A DNA stretch of 63,769 nt, filler included, from Octopus bimaculoides (Eukaryota), in the NCBI RefSeq assembly GCF_001194135.2. It is 9 parts of 8 records of this genome, joined end to end, with 100 filler letters (N's around TTAATTAATTAA, not from the genome) between each part and the next. Parts side by side here need not be neighbours in the genome. Positions count along the whole stretch, not along the records: positions 5,254 to 16,505 come from NC_069005.1; positions 16,606 to 34,795 come from NC_069003.1; 7 more parts are not named here. The stretch is one strand, 5' to 3'. Made by a program: the position numbers and the translations under genes. A model generated the notes under the pieces. The model ran no database searches. It had not been told where the DNA came from and saw only the letters and a list, made by a program, of their open reading frames with translations. Below, piece after piece: positions 12,254 through 22,989 of this stretch. Numbering within the stretch: the stretch's first letter is position 1; each line of letters opens with the position of its first letter.

Positions 12254-12944
12254 CTTACATCATACACACACACACATACATGCATATTCATGTTATGTAT
12301 GATTTATATATATATATATATATATATATACGTAGATACATATACATGCATACATGCATACATGCATACATTGCATCTGCACCTATAATGCATGACAATT
12401 GATTGTACATACAGTATCTCATCTGTAAAATATGGGTCCATGATGAGTCTAAACGGCCGCAGCGGATCTGAATAAAGAGCTTTGTGAATTCCATTTTGTC
12501 TCTGAATCAAAGCTGGACAGATATTTAAATCTGGTTAAGGTCTTCATATCTGGACAAAACAGATTCAAGGCCTTATGAGATCTTTTTAATCAAGGCTGGG
12601 TTGAGATTCAACGAAACGAACAACCGTGGGTGAGTGGGAAATTAATTAAAAAGATGTCTTCTAAGTTACAATAATCGTCCCCATATGTTACAAATGGATT
12701 TGTTACTGTTTTTTCATCGTTGATATTTTTTTTTCCCTCTCCGGAAACAAATATAATTCGTAATAACGATTGTAACTTAATACATACACTGTACTATCAT
12801 AAAAACAGAGTACAGACAGTCGCCGTCACTAGCGAGCGAGTACGGCTTGCTAATATGTATCCTGGTCAGCTGGAGATGTACTACGGTGTCAGCTGTTCAC
12901 TACCAGTGAACTAAGGTAACACCTCCTATTTGTCGAGCACCTTC

Positions 12945-13002
12945 CGGAGTATTCGAGCGGTTCCAAGCAGTACTGTTTTCTTGAAACCGCTCGAATACTC
13001 CG
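12945..13002. repeat. Near-perfect inverted repeat / hairpin
   Basis: CGGAGTATTCGAGCGGTTCCAAG-cagtactgtttt-CTTGAAACCGCTCGAATACTCCG; 23-bp stem with one mismatch. Confidence 0.9.
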
Positions 13003-13346
13003 AATATGGACACGACACACACACACACACTTACACGCACAAATACACACACATGCACACACACACGCACACACAAACACACACACACACACACAGCACA
13101 AAGCTAAGCGAACCTTAACCAGATTTTATTTACACTAGAGTGATTAACCGCATAATTAACAAAAATTTGAATTACAAACACAATATTAATTATGTATACA
13201 CTGATTTCTTTTGCTTGCGGTTTAGGCAAGCCATAGGAACACATCAATGGCCACACACGCGCGCGCACGTATGTGCGTACGTAACTTCGACAATAGAAAG
13301 TTGCTAATGGTATGTATTTGTGTACACACTCACACTCACACACACA

Positions 13347-13410
<64 letters not shown>

Positions 13411-14439
13411 NNNNNNNNNNNNNNNNNNNNNNNNNNNNNNNNNNNNNNNNNNNNNNNNNNNNNNNNNNNNNNNNNNNNNNNNNNNNNNNNNNNNNNNNNN
13501 NNNNNNNNNNNNNNNNNNNNNNNNNNNNNNNNNNNNNNNNNNNNNNNNNNNNNNNNNNNNNNNNNNNNNNNNNNNNNNNNNNNNNNNNNNNNNNNNNNNN
13601 NNNNNNNNNNNNNNNNNNNNNNNNNNNNNNNNNNNNNNNNNNNNNNNNNNNNNNNNNNNNNNNNNNNNNNNNNNNNNNNNNNNNNNNNNNNNNNNNNNNN
13701 NNNNNNNNNNNNNNNNNNNNNNNNNNNNNNNNNNNNNNNNNNNNNNNNNNNNNNNNNNNNNNNNNNNNNNNNNNNNNNNNNNNNNNNNNNNNNNNNNNNN
13801 NNNNNNNNNNNNNNNNNNNNNNNNNNNNNNNNNNNNNNNNNNNNNNNNNNNNNNNNNNNNNNNNNNNNNNNNNNNNNNNNNNNNNNNNNNNNNNNNNNNN
13901 NNNNNNNNNNNNNNNNNNNNNNNNNNNNNNNNNNNNNNNNNNNNNNNNNNNNNNNNNNNNNNNNNNNNNNNNNNNNNNNNNNNNNNNNNNNNNNNNNNNN
14001 NNNNNNNNNNNNNNNNNNNNNNNNNNNNNNNNNNNNNNNNNNNNNNNNNNNNNNNNNNNNNNNNNNNNNNNNNNNNNNNNNNNNATATATATATATATAT
14101 ATATATATACGCATACATTTATACACATAACATCCCTATCAGTATGAACACTGTCCCCTCATTTCTAGTTCTCCTCCACACGCCGCCAAAGCAGAAAACA
14201 TGAGACTCGATTGTTGTGTCGCTGGATATGGCCAGCGTGTGTTTGTTTGAACAAAAGATTACGTGAGACTGGCAGCCGATCCAGTTGCAGACGACACGTA
14301 ATGGAGATAAACTGACAAAGCAAACGAGACGGCATTTTGGCGAGGAAATATGAGAAGGGTTAAGGTAACGGATTAGTTAAAAATGGATGGAAGTGTTTGG
14401 GGAGAAAGGAAGAGGAGGGCTGAGAGGGAAAGTGAGAGT

Positions 14440-14701
14440 GGTTAAGAGGAAGTGTTCGAGTGTGTATGTGAGAGGGGATAGAGGGGGAGGTAGATTGATA
14501 GAGAAAGAGAGAGAGACGGGAAGAAATGAAAGGGAAAGAGAGAGAGAGAGGAAGTGAGTGATGCGGTGAAGGTGGCTTGAATGGGAGCTAGAGTAAGGTA
14601 TTGAGATAGTGAGAGAGAGAGAGAGAGAAAGAAGGAGAGAGAGAAAGAAAAAAGAGAGAGGTCAGAGAGGTGTAGAGGCGGAAGTAACAAAAACGGGGTT
14701 T

Positions 14702-14743
<42 letters not shown>

Positions 14744-15282
14744 CAGATAGATAGATAGATAGATAGACATAGATACATAGATAGATAGATAGATAGGTAG
14801 ATAGATGGGTAGGTAGATAGATAGATAGATAGAATGTAGTGAATGAAAGAGACGTAATGAAGGTGAGATGTGAAGAGAAAAGAACATGGAGGAAGAAGAA
14901 GCGGACAGGAAAAACGAAATATATATTAAAGACAGGAGAGAGAGGGAAAAGAGAGAGAGAGATGGGGAGAGAGAGCGAGAGAGAGAAGGAAAGAAAGAAC
15001 AAAGGAAGGAAGGAAGAGAGAGAAAGAAAGAAAGAGGGAGATGATTAAAGTGAGAGAAAAATTGTAGGAAACCGAAGATAGGAAAGGAAAACAAACGAAA
15101 AGGAAATATAAAGGAAAATGCAAAAGTAAATAAAAAGTAAATAACAATAAAAAGGAAAATGAGAGAGAGAGAGAGAGGGAGAGGGAGAGACGGGTGGCGG
15201 GAAAAGAGTGATGAGAAGCGGTGTGAGGAGTGGCGAGAAGAAAAATGTAAAAGGAGACAAGCATTCGGGTAGGGAGGGGTGG
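14440..15282 (+). repeat. Long purine-rich tract with (GA)n and (GATA)n microsatellites
   Basis: Seen directly; strongly A/G-biased plus strand. Confidence 0.9.
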
Positions 15283-16076
15283 NNNNNNNNNNNNNNNNNN
15301 NNNNNNNNNNNNNNNNNNNNNNNNNNNNNNNNNNNNNNNNNNNNNNNNNNNNNNNNNNNNNNNNNNNNNNNNNNNNNNNNNNNNNNNNNNNNNNNNNNNN
15401 NNNNNNNNNNNNNNNNNNNNNNNNNNNNNNNNNNNNNNNNNNNNNNNNNNNNNNNNNNNNNNNNNNNNNNNNNNNNNNNNNNNNNNNNNNNNNNNNNNNN
15501 NNNNNNNNNNNNNNNNNNNNNNNNNNNNNNNNNNNNNNNNNNNNNNNNNNNNNNNNNNNNNNNNNNNNNNNNNNNNNNNNNNNNNNNNNNNNNNNNNNNN
15601 NNNNNNNNNNNNNNNNNNNNNNNNNNNNNNNNNNNNNNNNNNNNNNNNNNNNNNNNNNNNNNNNNNNNNNNNNNNNNNNNNNNNNNNNNNNNNNNNNNNN
15701 NNNNNNNNNNNNNNNNNNNNNNNNNNNNNNNNNNNNNNNNNNNNNNNNNNNNNNNNNNNNNNNNNNNNNNNNNNNNNNNNNNNNNNNNNNNNNNNNNNNN
15801 NNNNNNNNNNNNNNNNNNNNNNNNNNNNNNNNNNNNNNNNNNNNNNNNNNNNNNNNNNNNNNNNNNNNNNNNNNNNNNNNNNNNNNNNNNNNNNNNNNNN
15901 NNNNNNNNNNNNNNNNNNNNNNNNNNNNNNNNNNNNNNNNNNNNNNNNNNNNNNNNNNNNNNNNNNNNNNNNNNNNNNNNNNNNNNNNNNNNNNNNNNNN
16001 NNNNNNNNNNNNNNNNNNNNNNNNNNNNNNNNNNNNNNNNNNNNNNNNNNNNNNNNNNNNNNNNNNNNNNNNNNNN

Positions 16077-16113
<37 letters not shown>

Positions 16114-16216
16114 ATATATATAGGGGTTGCGTGGTGGTGTGTGGGGGTGTACATATGTATGTATATGTATATGAATATATATACATACATGCATACATAC
16201 AGGAAGACATACATAC

Positions 16217-16255
<39 letters not shown>

Positions 16256-16400
16256 CATATACACACACGTACGCGTATATCGGTGTATATATAAATACAT
16301 ATATATGTGTGCATGTGTATATAAATGCATATATACTGTATATATACACACAGGTACACACACAAATACGTACATACATATACATATATGTATACACTTA

Positions 16401-16482
<82 letters not shown>

Positions 16483-16505
16483 CATTATCATTTCAAATGA
16501 ATTTT

Positions 16506-16605
16506 NNNNNNNNNNNNNNNNNNNNNNNNNNNNNNNNNNNNNNNNNNNNTTAATTAATTAANNNNNNNNNNNNNNNNNNNNNNNNNNNNNNNNNNNNNNN
16601 NNNNN
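16506..16605. other. Artificial assembly spacer
   Basis: 44N-TTAATTAATTAA-44N; lies 52 bp past the last visible calpain exon. Confidence 0.95.
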
Positions 16606-16657
16606 CCCCCCCCCCCCCCACCACCTCTCTCTGTTAAAGGGTAGAAATTTCGCTTAC

Positions 16658-16726
16658 CTTGGTGGCTGCTGTCACAATATGAAGAAAGCGGTGCGTATCT
16701 TCGGCATCATTCCATATGGATGTTTG
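16658..16726 (-). CDS. Calpain-like protein exon (domain IIb, catalytic-His region; His replaced by Phe)
   Basis: Acceptor aatctcttttgcAG and donor AAG|GTAAGC; 69 bp, phase 0 to 0. Translates QTSIWNDAEDTHRFLHIVTAATK, which aligns by its end and phase with GLVKGHAYSVTG..(K/Q)| of calpains. Similarity is weak apart from VT and the intron position. Confidence 0.7.
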
Positions 16727-16923
16727 CTGCAAAAGAGATTTGCTTTGTAGAATGTGAGAATGTGCACACATTGTCAAATTATCGATAGAATGTATATTTA
16801 GAAGACGTTATGCGGTGAACTTAAACACTATACTGGGGTCTGGTTTGCTAATTTTGCGACGTAGGCTGAAGGGAAAATCAGCAGCCTGAGCTGAAGTAAA
16901 GAACATTAGAAAATTATTATTAT

Positions 16924-17020
16924 TATCATTATTATTATTCAGATCATTGCCTGGAATCGAACTCGGAATCTCGGGGTTAGTAGCCCGTGCTCTTAACCAC
17001 TACGCCATATACTCATGGGC
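16924..17020 (-). mobile_element. Short tRNA-like SINE / pseudo-tRNA with (AAT)n tail
   Basis: The rc reads GGCGTAGTGGTTAAGAGCACGGGCTACTAACCCCGAGATTCCGAGTTCGATTCCAGGC, with an A box, B box and anticodon-like loop CTACTAA; the acceptor stem is poor. Confidence 0.7.
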
Positions 17021-17189
17021 ATTAGAAAAATACTTCTGCATATTAAAGATTAATGTTGTCATGTCTCAGACATGTAAAATTATCAGTTGAAATACGTCGA
17101 TTAACAAGAATTAATCATGTAATTATTAAACAAAATCTCCCTCTAAGGAAAATTCAAAATATGAAAAATTGCAAACAGAAACAGGAAGA

Positions 17190-17342
17190 AAGTTGTGATG
17201 AAAGAGTACAGCAGGGTTCACCGCCACCCCCTGCCGGATCTTCGTGGATCTGCAGGTGTTTTCGCTCAATAAACACTCACAACGCCCGGGATGGGAATCG
17301 AAACCGCGACCTTACGACCACGAGCCCGCTGCCCTAATCAAT
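17190..17342 (-). mobile_element. SINE family C, tRNA-like head and 5' body
   Basis: The rc reads TGATTAGGGCAGCGGGCTCGTGGTCGTAAGGTCGCGGTTTCGATTCCC followed by family C body; it lies immediately downstream of the calpain exon donor at 17367. Confidence 0.75.
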
Positions 17343-17367
17343 TATTGAACAAAGGTTGGTTAACTAC

Positions 17368-17587
17368 CTGTGAAGGCTGGTAAACTATAAACCCGATTGG
17401 CGTCAGGCGTTTCTCACTGCGCCAACACACAATCAGAGACCGGTGGAAACAAGACATGTGTAAAAGGCGGAAGAGGTTATGTGGAGGGTTGACATCCGGT
17501 GTGAAGTATTCACAGATGGCACCAGTAAGGTCAGTTAGGGCATCCAGGATATTTCCATTTTCGATTGATTCATATGTCCTGTTACAC
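17368..17587 (-). CDS. Calpain-like protein exon (CysPc domain)
   Basis: Acceptor ctttcttcttttcttcAG and donor CAG|GTAGTT; 220 bp, phase 2 to 0. Translates CNRTYESIENGNILDALTDLTGAICEYFTPDVNPPHNLFRLLHMSCFHRSLIVCWRSEKRLTPIGFIVYQPSQ, matching the calpain motif YExLxGGxxxDALxDFTGG. The 3' boundary is less certain because of an alternative donor at 17417. Confidence 0.88.
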
Positions 17588-17887
17588 CTGAAGAAAAGAA
17601 GAAAGGGATATTTAGAAAATATCTTAATGGTTTTTCGACATGACATAGGATTTAGACATAAGAAGAAAACATTTTAGCCAACATGTTAATAAGCTCATTC
17701 GTAGGATTCAAACTTCGTTTTTAACACTAAGCAGTCAACCGCGATATCATTCATACCGCACAGCACTCTCCCATCTTATAACTTTTTAGGCTCTAGGGTG
17801 TGATTGGTGGAAAATTAGCATCTATTATCAGCAATTCGAATAACCACGTGGAATCTTCCCCGCTATCTTATCGTAGTGTTTACTTAC

Positions 17888-18041
17888 TTGGCATAGGCCT
17901 TCTCCAAGAGAGGGGCCCAGTATTCGTGGTGTGAGCCTACGGGTTCACAGTAGGCCACCTGGCTATCCAAGAAGGGGAGGTTGTCATCGACGATGATATC
18001 CTGCCAGGCTCCAAATCGCCACAGTCGGAATATGAAGGCGC
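17888..18041 (-). CDS. Calpain-like protein exon (CysPc domain)
   Basis: Acceptor tcgttctcgtttcAG and donor AA|GTAAGT; 154 bp, phase 1 to 2. Translates (G)AFIFRLWRFGAWQDIIVDDNLPFLDSQVAYCEPVGSHHEYWAPLLEKAYA(K), containing the hallmark calpain motifs GxFxFxxWxFGxWxxVxVDDxLP and ExWxxLLEKAYAK. Too short for the ORF track. Confidence 0.95.
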
Positions 18042-19123
18042 CTGAAACGAGAACGATTGAAGCAACACATCATAGACATGCTTTCATTGACAGATTTCTA
18101 CCCCCCTCCGCCCCCCCTCTCTCTCTATATATATATTTGCCCAAACGACCTCAACATTACCTTCAAAAGTCATCTAAGGCTATGACCACGGGCCCTACGT
18201 ACCCTACCCAAATTCAGGATCACAACACATAAATACACTGCAACATAATTTCTTTTCCTCAACAGTCCCTGTCCTTTTTAATATTGTGTCCCGAAACAGA
18301 TCAAAGAGCAAAAAAAGATCCGACCACCTATGACCGGTATCTGGACCCCAACTCAAACCATTACGTCTTTTCTTCTTTTTTTTTTGCTGTTTTTCAAGGA
18401 ACATTTAATCCCCCGATTAATCCTCCAATAGTGCCATTCTTTTCTGAGACGGTAGAATGAATTCTCTGGCAGTTTGGTTGCTACTTCCAGTATCGCTGTC
18501 TTTTGCTGTCGTCATTNNNNNNNNNNNNNNNNNNNNNNNNNNNNNNNNNNNNNNNNNNNNNNNNNNNNNNNNNNNNNNNNNNNNNNNNNNNNNNNNNNNN
18601 NNNNNNNNNNNNNNNNNNNNNNNNNNNNNNNNNNNNNNNNNNNNNNNNNNNNNNNNNNNNNNNNNNNNNNNNNNNNNNNNNNNNNNNNNNNNNNNNNNNN
18701 NNNNNNNNNNNNNNNNNNNNNNNNNNNNNNNNNNNNNNNNNNNNNNNNNNNNNNNNNNNNNNNNNNNNNNNNNNNNNNNNNNNNNNNNNNNNNNNNNNNN
18801 NNNNNNNNNNNNNNNNNNNNNNNNNNNNNNNNNNNNNNNNNNNNNNNNNNNNNNNNNNNNNNNNNNNNNNNNNNNNNNNNNNNNNNNNNNNNNNNNNNNN
18901 NNNNNNNNNNNNNNNNNNNNNNNNNNNNNNNNNNNNNNNNNNNNNNNNNNNNNNNNNNNNNNNNNNNNNNNNNNNNNNNNNNNNNNNNNNNNNNNNNNNN
19001 NNNNNNNNNNNNNNNNNNNNNNNNNNNNNNNNNNNNNNNNNNNNNNNNNNNNNNNNNNNNNNNNNNNNNNNNNNNNNNNNNNNNNNNNNNNNNNNNNNNN
19101 NNNNNNNNNNNNNNNNNNNNNNN

Positions 19124-19176
<53 letters not shown>

Positions 19177-19341
19177 TATAAACACACATACATACACACA
19201 CATATATACATGCACAGATATGTGTGTGCGTACCTGTATGCATACGTATGTATATATGGATGTATGTGATGAGTGTAATGTGTGTATATGCATGCGAGTG
19301 TGTATGTGTATGTGGGTGACAGTGTGCACCTTTTTTTCCTT

Positions 19342-19379
<38 letters not shown>

Positions 19380-19680
19380 AAACCATTGCTCTGTCTGTTT
19401 GTCTGTCTGTGACCCTGTGACTACATATGTATAGTAGGCATGGGCGCGTAGTTAATAATTACGCCTCGCAATCATGCGATCATCAGAGCATAGGTTCCAT
19501 CCCGCACATTGGTATGTTGTTTATGCGTCTTTTACTGTAACCCAAGTCCGTCAAAAAATTTGGAAGTGGAAACTGGACGGACGGAAACTACGTGGAAGCC
19601 TATCAGAATGGGCTATATCTATAATTCAGTAGGCAAAAGCTTGTTACTCTTTGGGTCAGACTGATTCTGCATAAAGATGT

Positions 19681-19850
19681 AGGCGCAGGCGTGGCTGTGT
19701 GGTAAGAAGCTTGCTTCCCAACCACATGGTTCTCGGTTCAGTCTCACTGTGACACCTTGGAGAGGTGTCTTCTACAGTAGCCCCGGTCCACCAAAGCCTT
19801 GCAAGTGGATTTGATAAATGGAAACTGAAAGAATCCTGTCTTACATGCAT
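19681..19850 (+). mobile_element. SINE family A, 5' half
   Basis: AGGCGCAGGCGTGGCTGTGTGGTAAGAAGCTTGCTTCCCAACCACATGGTT..., matching the 2272 copy. Confidence 0.85.
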
Positions 19851-20328
19851 ATATATATATATANNNNNNNNNNNNNNNNNNNNNNNNNNNNNNNNNNNNN
19901 NNNNNNNNNNNNNNNNNNNNNNNNNNNNNNNNNNNNNNNNNNNNNNNNNNNNNNNNNNNNNNNNNNNNNNNNNNNNNNNNNNNNNNNNNNNNNNNNNNNN
20001 NNNNNNNNNNNNNNNNNNNNNNNNNNNNNNNNNNNNNNNNNNNNNNNNNNNNNNNNNNNNNNNNNNNNNNNNNNNNNNNNNNNNNNNNNNNNNNNNNNNN
20101 NNNNNNNNNNNNNNNNNNNNNNNNNNNNNNNNNNNNNNNNNNNNNNNNNNNNNNNNNNNNNNNNNNNNNNNNNNNNNNNNNNNNNNNNTATACATATATA
20201 CATATATACATATGTATATACATATATATGTATGTTCTAAACACGATGAATGTATAAATGGGTATAAGTTTGCATGTATTTATGTAGCTTCCTTTTTCGT
20301 CTATTCTTAGTGTATGTATGCATGTATC

Positions 20329-20376
<48 letters not shown>

Positions 20377-20720
20377 AATGCATACACACACTACACACAC
20401 ATACACATATGCGCACCAATAGATAGTGACGATTAAAAATGAAAGAAAGTAAGAGAGAATGAGTGAATGAATGAGAATTGTTGACGACGCCATTTTTTCC
20501 GTTGTATTTCTTAATCGCTCCATTCGAGATTCGTCTCTCATTTGGTTGCAACTTGTAATGCAACAATCTCTACTATTTCTTCACTTCTTCTTTTGTAGCC
20601 ATATCTTGCAGCCGTTCAAATAGCACACAAATATATATCTCCATGGAAATCATCACATATCAACGCAACAAGGATATCATTAAGAACATTATTAAGTTTC
20701 CCTTTCTTTTCTTTATTATC

Positions 20721-20772
<52 letters not shown>

Positions 20773-21169
20773 GTATTATTGAGATCGTTATTACCATCGT
20801 CATCAATAAAATTCTTGTTGTTCTCTTATACTTCGCCTTTGTGGCATCTAAAGAAACAATAATCTATAACTAACTGTTGTAGTGTTTTCAGACGATAAAT
20901 AACTAGGATTATGATTATGGAATACAATCAACGTCGTGATCTAAATTTTTCACATGATTAAGTAAGTTCGAGTGTTGGTGGGCTTTACATACTTAACTAT
21001 GGAAGGATATCGAAGCCGTAATCGACATTTTTCACATGATGGATCAATGTTAAGAAGATTATAAATTTATTTAGCCAAAAATAATAAAATAATAAAATAA
21101 TAAAGTTAATACTGGCACAATGATAAAACAGCAAAATTAATAAAATGTGGAATTTTCACGGTTTCTGGG

Positions 21170-21345
21170 GTAGCAGATCTGTTGAACAAATGTCGGTGAA
21201 AATGCTTTGTCATTATTTTCTGCGGACCTTTACGTTCCGAGTTCAAACATTTCTGAGTTCCTCTTTACCTCTAGCTCTACTGGGGTCGATAAAATAAAGT
21301 TTCTCTCGAGTACTAGGATAGATTTAATCAACTGTTTCCTTGCAA
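21170..21345 (+). mobile_element. SINE family B, degenerate
   Basis: GAGTTCAAA...GGGGTCGATAAAATAAAGT pattern, as in 8779-9390. Confidence 0.6.
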
Positions 21346-21366
21346 CAAATATCTGGCCATGTGTAA

Positions 21367-21399
<33 letters not shown>

Positions 21400-21458
21400 C
21401 ACCTGCCCTAAGTGTCAGGAAGACACTCGGCAAGGAATGGAAACAAAACTGAAAGATG

Positions 21459-21492
<34 letters not shown>

Positions 21493-21510
21493 TAATAATA
21501 ATAATAATAA

Positions 21511-21930
21511 TAAAGACCTTCATGGACTTTAACTTCCAAACAGACAATGTGTTAGAGCACCGATTGCCGGATATTGTAACCTTTTGGATGGACAAACAAG
21601 AGTACCTAATAAATGACGTGGCAGAGCCAGGAGATCAACATATGATGAGAGGAAGGAAAAAAAGATGGATAAATATGGAGACCTGAGAATTGAGATCGAT
21701 ATGATGTGGCATCTACGAGAGTCAAACGTCTGGAAACTTTAGAAATACCCTACAATCTAGCTGTATTGTAAATATTGGCATTACTTGGAACTTCACGCAT
21801 ATTTCATAAAATACCGTCTGTCTGAGGTCTTCGTTGTGACTTGACAAACAGTACAAACCCCCGGTAGACACAATATCTTCAATCCACAACATCACGATAT
21901 TGGATATTTTACAACGTCTTCAATAATAAT
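21511..21930 (+). mobile_element. RLE-type LINE 3' remnant (endonuclease region)
   Basis: DFNFQTDNVLEHRLPDIV...LINDVAEPGD...KYGDLRIEI...LALLGTSRI matches the RLE motif WDxxIQTD..I.HRRPDIV...IDVAxP.D. Confidence 0.8.
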
Positions 21931-22953
21931 TATAATGAAGAGAATAATAAGAAGAAGAAACGAGGAACAGGAATTGGAGAGAACCCAGAGTTTGTTTTTG
22001 ACGATGAGAACGATTATAAATCGCAAGGACAGGAGGGGAATTCAAGGTTAAGACGAACAGCAACAGGGACAGAAAGAAGGAATGCGTAGACTTATTTGCG
22101 ATAAAAGTTGAATAAAATACAGGTATTTTTCAATCAAAATAAAAAGTCATTCAATTAAATTGCTTATAAAACAAAAGGAAACAAGTTAAAACAAAAGTGC
22201 CACAGGTGCAACGTAAAAAAGAGAAAAAAAGAAAATTCGAGAAAATTGTTCGGCGAAATCCTTGAACAGGTAACGGTAGAGAAAAGGATATATGTACTCC
22301 CAAGACGAATTGGAAGACAAGAAATGCAAGCCATATTTTCTCACTTGCTTGTTTAGTTTCTAAATGTTATTTTCTTTCTCTTTACTTCCTCTCTTCTCTT
22401 TTCTGTTACACTCTCATTGGAGATATCCCTCGTTTCTATTCTTCTATCACTCTACATCTCTCTAGAATTTCCATCTCCACGATTTTCTTTGTGTTGTCTC
22501 TCCGTCTCTGCCTCTTTCCATTTCCGGCAAGTCCCTTTCTGCTTCCGTTCTGAGCATTTACATCCATTTTCTTTCTCATAATGATAATGATGTGTTGCTC
22601 GTGCGCTTTGCTACAAGGCCGCAGAAGATCATAGGAATACTGTTATAACTGATAAAATCATTAACACCGGATTCCATTATTTTATTATGCTTAAGTCCGG
22701 TAACTACTTTTGTCTGTTGTTAATGTGAGCATTAACTTTTGGCTGAAAATTTAGCATTATGAGCGAATAACAAGCCATTTTGATGAATTTAGGAACACAA
22801 TTGTTTCAGAATACGAAATCAAACACAATGCCTACTAAAAAAGAAAAGTCGTTAAGAAAATGGACAAAAGACGAAAGCATTCGTGTCTTCAATATATAGT
22901 CTGTGCGCATATATATATGTGTGTATGTGTGTGCGTGCATTTACGTATATGAA

Positions 22954-22989
<36 letters not shown>

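Noticed and set aside
12411-12501. Minus-strand segment RQNGIHKALYSDPLRPFRLIMDPYFTDEIL as the missing Asn (RNPWG) exon
   Set aside because: It has splice-like ends and a DPY/NPW resemblance, but lacks the conserved Trp residues, offers several competing acceptors, and lies across an artificial spacer from the calpain exons.
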